From a virus, in the IMG/VR virus record IMGVR_UViG_3300018719_000003, positions 1 through 64,000 of that record: DNA of 64,000 nucleotides, one strand, 5' to 3'. The translations under genes were made by a program, and so were the position numbers. Within the stretch, counting starts at the first letter, position 1. The number at the start of each line of letters is the position of its first letter. The notes beneath the pieces were generated by a model. That model searched no databases, was not told where the DNA came from, and saw only the letters and a list, made by a program, of their open reading frames with translations. Positions 27,100 to 34,515 of the stretch are shown here, in pieces.

Positions 27100-27116
27100 C
27101 CGGAGACTCCGGTCAC
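27096..27116. repeat. Palindrome family copy P5 (GTGACCGGAG-A-CTCCGGTCAC, full 21 nt)
   Basis: Read directly. Bases 27097-27099 are the stop codon of 26449..27099. Confidence 0.9.
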
Positions 27117-27163
27117 TTGATTCTTGAGAATTTCTCTTCTAAGGATTGGATGTAGGTTAAACC

Positions 27164-27343
27164 TTATCGTGGCTTGTAAGTCGCTATTCCACTCGCTCCG
27201 TGTTCCTTGGCTATTTTTTTAACCTCTTCTTTCGGGTTGTAGTAGTTTTTGGCATCAGCAGATTTAGCTGTCCAGTTGCCGCTCTGGTCGATGTACTCAG
27301 TTGATTCTTTCCCTGGTCTAGTGATTCTATGAAATTCGGTCAT
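27164..27343 (-). CDS. Small hypothetical protein (59 aa, not in the ORF track)
   Basis: MTEFHRITRPGKESTEYIDQSGNWTAKSADAKNYYNPKEEVKKIAKEHGASGIATYKPR. Confidence 0.4.
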   Translation of the reverse strand: MTEFHRITRPGKESTEYIDQSGNWTAKSADAKNYYNPKEEVKKIAKEHGASGIATYKPR

Positions 27344-27391
27344 AGCTTTACTGGTGGTTGTGGGATGGTGGGTGATTCGTCAGGTTTAGCG

Positions 27392-27640
27392 CTAATCAAT
27401 AAATCGCTCTTTGGCGTGAGATAGCCATTTTTTCTTGACTTGATCTCGTTCTTGAGCTGCCATCCAGCCGTCGCAGAGTGCGGAGTCTTCTATAGGGCAA
27501 CTTACTCCTTGAGAGAAAAGATCCATGCCGCGATGAAAATTTTTTATTACTTTCATTTCTTGTCTGTGGACAACCTCTGCTCTTGTGGTTGCGGCTACGA
27601 CTTCTGGCTCTATCTTGCGAACTTTGTCTCTAAGGTTCAT
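27392..27640 (-). CDS. Hypothetical protein downstream of RHH-3
   Basis: 82-aa ORF with a 4-nt overlap with the RHH-3 stop. Confidence 0.5.
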   Translation of the reverse strand: MNLRDKVRKIEPEVVAATTRAEVVHRQEMKVIKNFHRGMDLFSQGVSCPIEDSALCDGWMAAQERDQVKKKWLSHAKERFID

Positions 27641-27816
27641 AGTTTTACCTCGTAAATAACTTTTGCTATTGGGACGCTTTCTGTGTTGTCAGGAAGGGCG
27701 TTCACTAGTTCCCTTACAACTACTGCTAACGGAACTCCGCGAACCTTGGCATGACGCTCTAGCTTGTCGTATGTTTGCTCTTCAAATCTGATTTTCAGTG
27801 ACCTTGTCTTGCTCAT
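27637..27816 (-). CDS. Ribbon-helix-helix protein, RHH-3
   Basis: MSKTRSLKIRFEEQTYDKLERHAKVRGVPLAVVVRELVNALP. The internal ATG at 27816 is used; the hydrophobic N-terminal extension in the track ORF is unlikely. Confidence 0.6.
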   Translation of the reverse strand: MSKTRSLKIRFEEQTYDKLERHAKVRGVPLAVVVRELVNALPDNTESVPIAKVIYEVKL

Positions 27817-27826
27817 ATTGAAATTA

Positions 27827-27845
27827 TGTACTCTTTTGGGGTACA
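27827..27845. promoter_or_regulatory. Inverted repeat TGTAC-N9-GTACA within a TTGACA...CATAAT promoter-like region upstream of RHH-3
   Basis: The minus strand reads TTGACAGTGTACCCCAAAAGAGTACATAAT. The repeat resembles the one next to RHH-1. Confidence 0.4.
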
Positions 27846-27878
27846 CTGTCAACAGATAAACAAAACAAGAGGCTATCA

Positions 27879-28151
27879 ATGGCAACCAAACCAGCATCCA
27901 GCGCTTTTCCTTATTCAGAAGAGCAGACTACAGGGTTAACGAAACGAGAGTATTTCGCTGCTATGGCTTTACAGGGACTATTGGCGAACGGTTCGCATCG
28001 CCTTCAAGTCGCAGAAGCGTGCGTAATCGGTGAGGGGCGATTTGCTGAAGTCGCCGTATGGATGGCAGACAAACTAATTCAAGAGTTAAATAGTGACAAG
28101 CGGTCTACACCTCAAGAACCGCCAGCAGATGCCAACGAGGCTGAAGACTGA
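27879..28151 (+). CDS. Hypothetical phage protein
   Basis: 90 aa. 'TKREYFAAMALQGLLANG' is a motif recurrent in small phage proteins (by eye). Confidence 0.55.
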   Translation: MATKPASSAFPYSEEQTTGLTKREYFAAMALQGLLANGSHRLQVAEACVIGEGRFAEVAVWMADKLIQELNSDKRSTPQEPPADANEAED

Positions 28152-28224
28152 TTCCACGGCTGGCATGACGGCATTGGATACGACTTGTAAAGACTGTCAA
28201 CAGGTAAAACAATCATGAATTCTG

Positions 28225-28428
28225 ATGAACGACACAGAAGCGCTTGATTGGTGGGATTTATGCAAACCCATCAGAGAAGATAGCAACGGTCAAAGAATCT
28301 GGCAGTACTTTGCAGAGGAGGTGAAAGGCGTTTGGCGATATGCGATAGTGATTCGTTTCGATGATGGCGAACCACTAACTGCTACTGTCTTTGAAAATGG
28401 AACCGTCGAAATCTACGACTACGAATAA
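28225..28428 (+). CDS. Hypothetical protein
   Basis: 67-aa ORF. Confidence 0.5.
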   Translation: MNDTEALDWWDLCKPIREDSNGQRIWQYFAEEVKGVWRYAIVIRFDDGEPLTATVFENGTVEIYDYE

Positions 28429-28466
28429 ACAAAGGCGATCGCACCGTCCCCTGAGAAGTTCTGGAT

Positions 28467-28519
28467 GCGATCGCTGCCCACTACGCAATGCAAACCACAT
28501 AGGAGCAATCAGAATTATG
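28467..28519 (+). promoter_or_regulatory. Conserved leader cassette, copy 6
   Basis: GCGATCGCTGCCCACTACGCAATGCAAACCACATAGGAGCAATCAGAATTATG followed by TCACAG. Confidence 0.55.
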
Positions 28520-29278
28520 TCACAGATTATCGACCGCGAATGGAAAGGATTGCTGATCGGACAGCGAAAGCACAATGGTTACGTGAATGCAACTCAACTA
28601 GCCAAGGCATACTACCAAGCAACGAGTATCAGAAGAGAACCTGCGGATTGGTCGCGAATTAAGCGGACGAAAGAGTCAATCGCTTACCTGGCAACTGTTA
28701 CGGGAAATCCGGTATCAGATCTAGTCGTCGTAGTTCAAGGCAATTTCACAGGTAAAGAGCAGGGCACTTGGATTCACCCAGATTTAGCCGTTAACTTTGC
28801 TGTCTGGCTGTCGGTTGAGCTTGAGTTCATTGTTTTTGGGTGGGTTGAAGAGTGGCTAAAAGATGAACAAGCTAGTCAGCAGCAACAACGTATTGCCCCA
28901 AGCCCAGAAGAGCGATTAGCGATGGGAGTTGACGCCCTCAGTAAACTAGGCATTGAATTAGATAATCCTCGATTCTCCCAAGGATTACGCGATTGGGGAC
29001 TCAATTTACTTGGTATTGCACCCCGGCAACCTGAAATTGAAGGAGAGCGCTGGCTAGGTGCTGCTGAACGCGCCGAGGAGTTGGGCTTCGGTCGAATTGG
29101 TGCTGACCTTTCTCGTCGGGTAAAGCTTGGTAACTGGCTATCAAAATATGAGCTAGTCCGACGCAAGGAGAAACGATACTGCACTGGAACAGATCGGAGT
29201 ATCTGGTGTTATCAGCTTTGTGATGAACTCGACAAAGCGATCGCTGAATACTTCGAGGACGAGGAGCAGATGGGTTGA
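28517..29278 (+). CDS. KilA-N domain protein (paralogue 2)
   Basis: 'GLLIGQRKHNGYVNATQLAKAY...GTWIHPDLAVNFAVWLSVELEFIVFGWVEEWL'. The ATG at 28517 follows the leader cassette. Confidence 0.7.
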   Translation: MSQIIDREWKGLLIGQRKHNGYVNATQLAKAYYQATSIRREPADWSRIKRTKESIAYLATVTGNPVSDLVVVVQGNFTGKEQGTWIHPDLAVNFAVWLSVELEFIVFGWVEEWLKDEQASQQQQRIAPSPEERLAMGVDALSKLGIELDNPRFSQGLRDWGLNLLGIAPRQPEIEGERWLGAAERAEELGFGRIGADLSRRVKLGNWLSKYELVRRKEKRYCTGTDRSIWCYQLCDELDKAIAEYFEDEEQMG

Positions 29279-29630
29279 CACTCCCCGTGCTAAAGCAGCG
29301 GGGATTCTTAGTTCGCAGAGACCACTTAAATTAGACTCCTTGCGTTATCTAACCCAGAGGTGGGACTCTCCCTAAGCGTTACTTCCCGGATGCCCTCCGG
29401 TAGTTGCATTACTGCAAGTCCTGTTTAGATTGAAACTAATTGTCTCAAAATTCTGATTCGCCTAGCTCCCCTGAATCTTTTACCTACTGCGAGGAAAGAA
29501 GCTAGAACAATGCAGTAGAACCGCATAGATTCACTTGTCAAGGTTCAGATTGCTGTTAAGCAGTGTAGGGTTTTTATACAGGTTAGTTACCCCGCCTGTT
29601 ATACTTAATTGTACTGACGAATGGCATGGT
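29279..29630. other. 352-nt non-coding region rich in short hairpins (candidate structured RNA or IS end remnant)
   Basis: No credible ORF. Hairpins include CCCCGTGC-TAAA-GCAGCGGGG, GGGA-CTC-TCCC, CCGGA-TGCCC-TCCGG and TTGCA-TTAC-TGCAA. Confidence 0.3.
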
Positions 29631-29780
29631 ATGTCAAGAACAAAAAAGCTAGATATTCGAGTATCTGAATATGAATACAAGCAATTACAGCAAGAGGCGG
29701 AAAAACAGGGCTGTTCAATGTCTGACTTGGTTCGGAAGTATATTTCTAAACTTCCAAAACCATTTTTCAAGGCAGGATAA
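29631..29780 (+). CDS. Ribbon-helix-helix protein, RHH-4 (orphan)
   Basis: MSRTKKLDIRVSEYEYKQLQQEAEKQGCSMSDLVRKYISKLP. Uses the internal ATG of the track ORF 29535..29780. Confidence 0.55.
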   Translation: MSRTKKLDIRVSEYEYKQLQQEAEKQGCSMSDLVRKYISKLPKPFFKAG

Positions 29781-29869
29781 ATCCTGCCAGCTCCCTTTCA
29801 TCCCTCCTCTAAAGAGAGAGGGTTTTCAGGTTTGTTTCTTATAACTCCTTCTCGCTTTACTCTACTCAG

Positions 29870-29896
29870 CCGCCCTCGGATGAAGGCGGTTTTTTG
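29870..29896 (+). terminator. Intrinsic terminator
   Basis: CCGCC (29870-29874), CTCGGATGAA, GGCGG (29885-29889), then TTTTTT. Confidence 0.65.
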
Positions 29897-29912
29897 TTAC
29901 CTGATCTCTAGT

Positions 29913-30170
29913 TCAAATAATTCTGTCTGGATCAATTGCTAAAATCACTTTGACAAGCTCTGGTTTTCCTTCACCCTCTGGCTGCTCCAAATCTTCCCAT
30001 AAGCGATCGCTTTCCCAAAACCATAGTAGAGGGGTTTTCTCTTCCTTTGTCGGGTGAGGAACTAAGCAAGATTTGCATTGAAAGATATCGCCACGATATA
30101 GACTTACACGAACTATCATTGACTCGCCACCGCATCTAGGGCAGTTGTTAGCTGTAATTGAGTACGCCAT
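29913..30170 (-). CDS. Zinc-ribbon small protein
   Basis: 'CPRCGGES...FQCKSCLVPH' forms a CxxC...CxxC pair. The internal ATG (MAYSIT) is preferred. Confidence 0.5.
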   Translation of the reverse strand: MAYSITANNCPRCGGESMIVRVSLYRGDIFQCKSCLVPHPTKEEKTPLLWFWESDRLWEDLEQPEGEGKPELVKVILAIDPDRII

Positions 30171-30247
30171 GCTAACTTTTTGGTTAGTGCGATCGCCATT
30201 ATAGAAGGCTACGATAAAAAGCAACTCAATCTTACCCTCATGCAGAC

Positions 30248-30748
30248 ATGGCTAAATTCTCGAAGGAAGACCTCGACTGGATTACCACTTGGACAGGATG
30301 CACCGCTGCTGTCTGCATTGGTTTAGCCAGCACTATTGCCACGACTATCTCCTCAGTTCCCGGCAATAAAGTAATAGGCATAGACAAAGCGCCTCTGACG
30401 GCTCTCAGTACGCTGCTGGGAGGAGTGGGTGCGATCGCCCTTGGGGTCAAGAGTGTTTTCACCAACAAAACTGCTACGATGCATCCTACCACGGAAGACT
30501 TGGAGCGGGAAGCTACCGTACAAGAGCAGGCAGACTACTTTAAGTATTCAGCTCAACCACTGCAACCTGAGCGTCCTAGGAGCCGTCAAAGCCCGGAAGA
30601 GGTAAGTCAGGTGATGGGGCGTAATGTCTACGAGCAAGCTTTTGTTCCAGAACAGCGTTTCGATGGCGCTCAACGCCCACGACCTAGCACAAGATATCCT
30701 GCGAGGAATCCGACTGAGCGAGTGAGTTATTTTGATGATGAACCTTAA
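30248..30748 (+). CDS. Membrane protein
   Basis: 166 aa with 2-3 hydrophobic segments at the N-terminus and a polar C-terminal tail. Confidence 0.55.
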   Translation: MAKFSKEDLDWITTWTGCTAAVCIGLASTIATTISSVPGNKVIGIDKAPLTALSTLLGGVGAIALGVKSVFTNKTATMHPTTEDLEREATVQEQADYFKYSAQPLQPERPRSRQSPEEVSQVMGRNVYEQAFVPEQRFDGAQRPRPSTRYPARNPTERVSYFDDEP

Positions 30749-30751
30749 TCC

Positions 30752-30961
30752 TCAACACGGCATCTGATACTCATTATCTTCAGTTGCTAGCGATCGCCCC
30801 TGATTCCGACAATACTCGCGGTATTGTTCAAGCTCAATCTTTGTCATAGGTCGAGCCATTGTAACATCACCCCCATTGAAGTCGGGACGGCGCATTCCCT
30901 TGTATCGTTTCTCAAATTCGTCGCGCTGGGGGTCGGATCTTGTGAAGTCGGGGGCTGGCAT
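30752..30961 (-). CDS. Hypothetical protein
   Basis: 69 aa. An AGGAGA RBS lies 6 nt upstream of the ATG. Overlaps the 3' end of the upstream ORF. Confidence 0.5.
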   Translation of the reverse strand: MPAPDFTRSDPQRDEFEKRYKGMRRPDFNGGDVTMARPMTKIELEQYREYCRNQGRSLATEDNEYQMPC

Positions 30962-31710
30962 GGCGTTTCTCCTGTAGTAAGTTCGGTGTTTTCTGATTCA
31001 GTCTCTATTGGTTCAGAAAGAAGCTCGCTAGGGCGATAAACCTCATTCCCGTACATATCTCGCCCTACCGCCCCTTCTGATAGTAATCGGCGGTATAACT
31101 TGCCTAAAAGATTGCTGGCTGTGTTGTAGAGCTTTTTAACAAGCAATCCCTTGTGTTCTGGTAACTCCTCGAAGGAAACATACCAGTAATTGAGCAAACT
31201 CTCCTCAAGCATTTCGTACAAAACAAACAAACCAGCCACATCTATGTTTCTAAACACCGACCAGCTATAACCGCCTTTGTGAGTTTTGATAGCCTTAATT
31301 AGTCCCATCTCATGTAAAGCGTCACGGACAGCGCGAACAGCATTGCCGTTAGAAGATGCCATCTTCCAATGATCTTTTACGTAAGTCCTTAACCCCATGA
31401 TGCTTGTCTTGAGGTAGTCACAGCCATTCTTGACTAGCCTCTGGAGTTTGTTGCGATGGATGGTATAATCACGCTTTTCACTCTCGCCGTCATCAACCAT
31501 GACATACGTTACAGCACCATACCTCTTGGCAATGGAGTAGATTATTCCGTTAACCACAGCCATTGCATTTAGAGTTTTACGCTTGTTCCAGTTGGCTATG
31601 TAGAGAGAGAACAAGTGCCGCTGTTCTGGACTATTAGGGGCAAGGAATTTTGTAGCGAATCCCTGTGCGGGGGTCTTGGCTTTATCGTAAAATACTGGTA
31701 AGTTGTTCAT
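30844..31710 (-). CDS. Putative winged-helix DNA-binding / replication-initiator-like protein
   Basis: 288 aa. 'NAVRAVRDALHEMGLIKAIKTHKGG' looks like a wHTH. Sits next to the AT-rich repeat region. The functional assignment is weak. Confidence 0.35.
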   Translation of the reverse strand: MNNLPVFYDKAKTPAQGFATKFLAPNSPEQRHLFSLYIANWNKRKTLNAMAVVNGIIYSIAKRYGAVTYVMVDDGESEKRDYTIHRNKLQRLVKNGCDYLKTSIMGLRTYVKDHWKMASSNGNAVRAVRDALHEMGLIKAIKTHKGGYSWSVFRNIDVAGLFVLYEMLEESLLNYWYVSFEELPEHKGLLVKKLYNTASNLLGKLYRRLLSEGAVGRDMYGNEVYRPSELLSEPIETESENTELTTGETPCQPPTSQDPTPSATNLRNDTRECAVPTSMGVMLQWLDL

Positions 31711-31902
31711 TGCTAATCTGGTATGAGATTGGCAGCACTGGGTTAAGTCCCAAGATCCCTGTAAGTGTCTTCATCGCTTGCGGGGATTGTGCTTTTTAGT
31801 TCTTTATATTATACCGCTGTTTGGTGAAAACTGAGCTAAGTATAAGTACCTAAAAACGGGCAATCTTAATTAAGCGCAAAATAACACATATTCGCTTAGA
31901 TT

Positions 31903-32045
31903 AAAACCGTGCTACTTAATCCTTTTCTTGGGACATTCGAGAGCTTTTTCTTTTCAACGAATAGAAATTTTATATTCTCCTGGGTAAATAAAAGATATAA
32001 GCGTACCATGAATGTCAAGAGAAAAGGATTAAGTAGCACGGTTTT
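31903..32045. repeat. 26-bp perfect inverted repeat pair around a 91-nt AT-rich spacer (MITE-like or cruciform/origin element)
   Basis: AAAACCGTGCTACTTAATCCTTTTCT (31903-31928) and its exact reverse complement (32020-32045). Confidence 0.85.
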
Positions 32046-32078
32046 GTTTTTGCCTGTTTTTTGAGTATTTATACTTAC

Positions 32079-32117
32079 TTGGTTTAGTTTGGTTGACTCT
32101 TGGTAAGCTTGGGGTAG
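32079..32117. repeat. Four TTGG(T/G) motifs at about 10-bp spacing (iteron-like)
   Basis: TTGGTTTAG, TTGGTTGAC, TTGGTAAGC and TTGGGGTAG start at 32079, 32089, 32100 and 32109. Confidence 0.3.
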
Positions 32118-32211
32118 CAATAGCCAAATACCCTCACTACGCTTCAAGTTTACCCATTGTGGTTAACGCCACTGAAGTAACGGCTAGAGGTATAGCAATC
32201 AATAGTTTTTG

Positions 32212-32244
32212 TGTCTGTCTATATCGTGCTATAATAGACAGACA
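32212..32244. promoter_or_regulatory. 10-bp perfect inverted repeat enclosing a TATAAT box
   Basis: TGTCTGTCTA (32212-32221), TATCGTGCTATAA, TAGACAGACA (32235-32244). Lies 18 nt upstream of the ATG at 32262. Confidence 0.45.
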
Positions 32245-32261
32245 GTTACTTATAAATAAAC

Positions 32262-32462
32262 ATGAGGAAGCCCGATTGGGGAGAAGGTGAAGCCAAACAG
32301 CGCCACACGCTAAGGATAACTCCGACGTGTTGGGCAAGGCTTAAAGAGATAGCCATCCTTGAGGAGTTGCCATCCAGAGCCGAAGCGCTTGAGTTTTGGG
32401 TGAGGGAGTATCCGGGAGTGTTGGTGGTGGATGCAGTTATTGAGGAGAGCGATCGCATATGA
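32262..32462 (+). CDS. Small RHH-like regulator
   Basis: 'RHTLRITPTCWARLKEIAILEELPSRAEALEFWV' has a beta-strand plus helices pattern. Confidence 0.45.
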   Translation: MRKPDWGEGEAKQRHTLRITPTCWARLKEIAILEELPSRAEALEFWVREYPGVLVVDAVIEESDRI

Positions 32463-32920
32463 GCTTGGATGTATCCCTAGAAGTAGAAGTGCCAATCAGA
32501 AAAAAAGCCAGTAGTGGAATATTTATTCGCGAAAGCGGTGGCACTAGAGAAATTTCTGTAGAGGAGTGGAATAGCCGATTTCCCGACAAAGAACCTGTAG
32601 TTGTTGCTGGCGACGAAGAAGAGTGTCAAACAACTGAGGTTTTTAGCTATAACATCACTCATAACTTAGGACAGATGGCTAGAGAGTGCGATGCTTACGA
32701 GGTGGTGTGGCAACCAAAGGAGAGTGGAATTACTAAAGCACGTCAATTGGTTAAGCCATTACAGGAAGCGATAGCAAAGCTCAAAGGCAATCCTGAGTAT
32801 TATAAGCAGTTTAATCCTGCCAATAACTGGGGAAACTACGAAGGGTTTCTGATGTTTTTAGAAAACTACTTGCAGGCGGCTGTCGAAAACCCAGACTCTA
32901 ATGTTTCAGCTTGGAGGTAA
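32459..32920 (+). CDS. Hypothetical protein
   Basis: 153-aa ORF with an ATGA overlap with the upstream gene. Confidence 0.6.
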   Translation: MSLDVSLEVEVPIRKKASSGIFIRESGGTREISVEEWNSRFPDKEPVVVAGDEEECQTTEVFSYNITHNLGQMARECDAYEVVWQPKESGITKARQLVKPLQEAIAKLKGNPEYYKQFNPANNWGNYEGFLMFLENYLQAAVENPDSNVSAWR

Positions 32921-33023
32921 AAGCGATCGCGCATGAACAGATCTCCGGTCAGTCCGGGAAGTAAGCTAAAATAGCGTTAACTACAAAAACGCTGAACAGT
33001 TCTCAAGTGAAGCAAGCTCAACT

Positions 33024-33056
33024 CCAGCCAAGCGCAACGGCTGGGGTTTTTGTTTT
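33024..33056. terminator. Terminator hairpin between convergent genes
   Basis: CCAGCC (33024-33029), loop, GGCTGG (33039-33044), then GGTTTTTGTTTT. Confidence 0.5.
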
Positions 33057-33066
33057 ATGGGGCGGT

Positions 33067-34515
33067 TCATTTAGAAACAAAATGAAGCCATAAATCCCCG
33101 TCAGTTCCGCAAGTCTGTTTCATCATTTCGTAGGAGTATGTGAGCTTTGCCCCGCTGCGATCGCAATCATAACCACTTGAATACCACTCGCCGTAGGGAT
33201 CGTTCACAACGAATCCTTTTTCGTTGTAGCCAATGATGGCGATGATGTGTCCAGTCCGGGTGAAGTAGCCGTGAACAATGAGTGGATTCCCCCCGGCTAA
33301 ATGAGTCTTGGCATTTGCCCACTTTGCATCAAACTGAAAGTCATCTTTGCAACCGTAGGCTTCCAAGACTTTCTTTAAGTCTGTCGGTACGTGTCGATCT
33401 AAGCCGTTGCTGTAGCAGTACTGGTTTAACTCATCCTCAAGTTGTATTCCTTGACTATTGCGAATTGGATGCCCATAGTAGGCGAGACACATTGCGACTG
33501 AGGTTACATTGCACGTTCCGTAAGGGTCGCCAGCGTTATCCAATTGGCTTAGGTAAGGAACCTTCAGAATGACCGAGCTTGATGGTATTGCCAAAGGTTT
33601 CGGCATTGCAAGTTGAGCCGCTGTCGGAGTTGGGTTGGTCGTAGCAATCGGCAGTGACGGATAAACTTCGACGTGCGGACTGGGTGAGGCTGGAGTACCA
33701 TACACGTACCATTCACCCTCTGACACTGCAAAGCTTCGCATTAACCCCGCACGTTCCCAAGCTATCCTCTGAGTTTCTAGCACGACTTTATAGTGTCTGC
33801 CCACTGATTGGAAGTCCAGAGCTTTGAGATACACGCCTTCTGGCAGTTCAACCTTTTTTTCAGGAGGAAGGCTAGCCGCGCTTGACGGTTCTTTTTTGAG
33901 AAAGGTGTTGCAACGGGTTCGGAAGACAGCAGGATTTGGCATAGTGGATGAGGTGAGGTGACCGGAGACTCCGGTCACTGAGCTTTGTTGAAGTGCGATC
34001 GCCGCAACCGATCGCAATAATTCTTTCTCCCATTGTGCCGCCAACTTTGCGATATGCTCGGCTCTATCCGTCCCGTTGATTATGCGTCGAGCATTGTAGT
34101 AATCGCACTTTTGGCTGTTAATGTAATCACTTAATTTGACTCCTGCGAACAGTCCTTGAGTCATGCCCAGAATAAGAATGCGATCACTCACGTCTTCTTT
34201 CAGTGCCAATTCTGGATTTCCCTCCAAATCAATCCCCAGCAACTCTCCGAATACGCGATAGTTGCGTCTGCCAGTAATCTGTGACGCGCCTCTGCCCTTG
34301 AATCGCCTACCATCCCCTGGCTGGGTATTGCCTAAATCTTCGCGCCATTCGTAATCGTCACCACTTGCCCACTCCTCAATCGCCTGGTATGTTCCAGCAG
34401 TTTCATGCTCTACCGTGGCGAGTACATACGCTGTTTGCTGTGGGGTAAGGTTGGCAGTGGCACAGGCGGCGAGAATGCTTTGTTTGCTCATGGGGGTAAA
34501 TATGGAAAAAGCCAA
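33067..34515 (-). CDS. Endolysin: GH19 lysozyme/chitinase-like domain, central domain, and C39-like cysteine peptidase domain
   Basis: N-terminus 'VEHETAGTY...LGNTQPGDGRRFKGRGASQITGRRNYRVFGELLGIDLEGNPELA' is the GH19 signature. C-terminus 'PYLSQLDNAGDPYGTCNVTSVAMCLAYYG...GHIIAIIGYNEKGFVVNDPYG' is Peptidase_C39_2-like. Confidence 0.8.
   Translation of the reverse strand: MAFSIFTPMSKQSILAACATANLTPQQTAYVLATVEHETAGTYQAIEEWASGDDYEWREDLGNTQPGDGRRFKGRGASQITGRRNYRVFGELLGIDLEGNPELALKEDVSDRILILGMTQGLFAGVKLSDYINSQKCDYYNARRIINGTDRAEHIAKLAAQWEKELLRSVAAIALQQSSVTGVSGHLTSSTMPNPAVFRTRCNTFLKKEPSSAASLPPEKKVELPEGVYLKALDFQSVGRHYKVVLETQRIAWERAGLMRSFAVSEGEWYVYGTPASPSPHVEVYPSLPIATTNPTPTAAQLAMPKPLAIPSSSVILKVPYLSQLDNAGDPYGTCNVTSVAMCLAYYGHPIRNSQGIQLEDELNQYCYSNGLDRHVPTDLKKVLEAYGCKDDFQFDAKWANAKTHLAGGNPLIVHGYFTRTGHIIAIIGYNEKGFVVNDPYGEWYSSGYDCDRSGAKLTYSYEMMKQTCGTDGDLWLHFVSK
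33958..33978. repeat. Palindrome family copy P6 (full 21 nt), in frame in the endolysin interdomain linker
   Basis: Encodes VTGVSGH within 'ALQQSSVTGVSGHLTSSTMP'. Confidence 0.9.

Noticed and set aside
30844-30961. 118-nt overlap between 30844..31710 and 30752..30961, considered as a possible programmed frameshift site.
   Set aside because: The downstream ORF has its own AGGAGA RBS 6 nt before its ATG. The overlapping tail of the upstream ORF looks like low-information read-through, and no slippery heptamer was seen.
31896-32147. 83-aa minus-strand ORF in the AT-rich region.
   Set aside because: It reads straight through both arms of the 26-bp inverted repeat and is Lys/Leu/Phe-rich, as expected from AT-rich non-coding DNA.
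32940-32958. CTCCGGTCAGTCCGGG, and TGACCGGAAGG at about 36180, considered as extra palindrome-family members.
   Set aside because: Only one half-site is present and there is no dyad partner. They may be decayed copies, but they cannot be told apart from chance.
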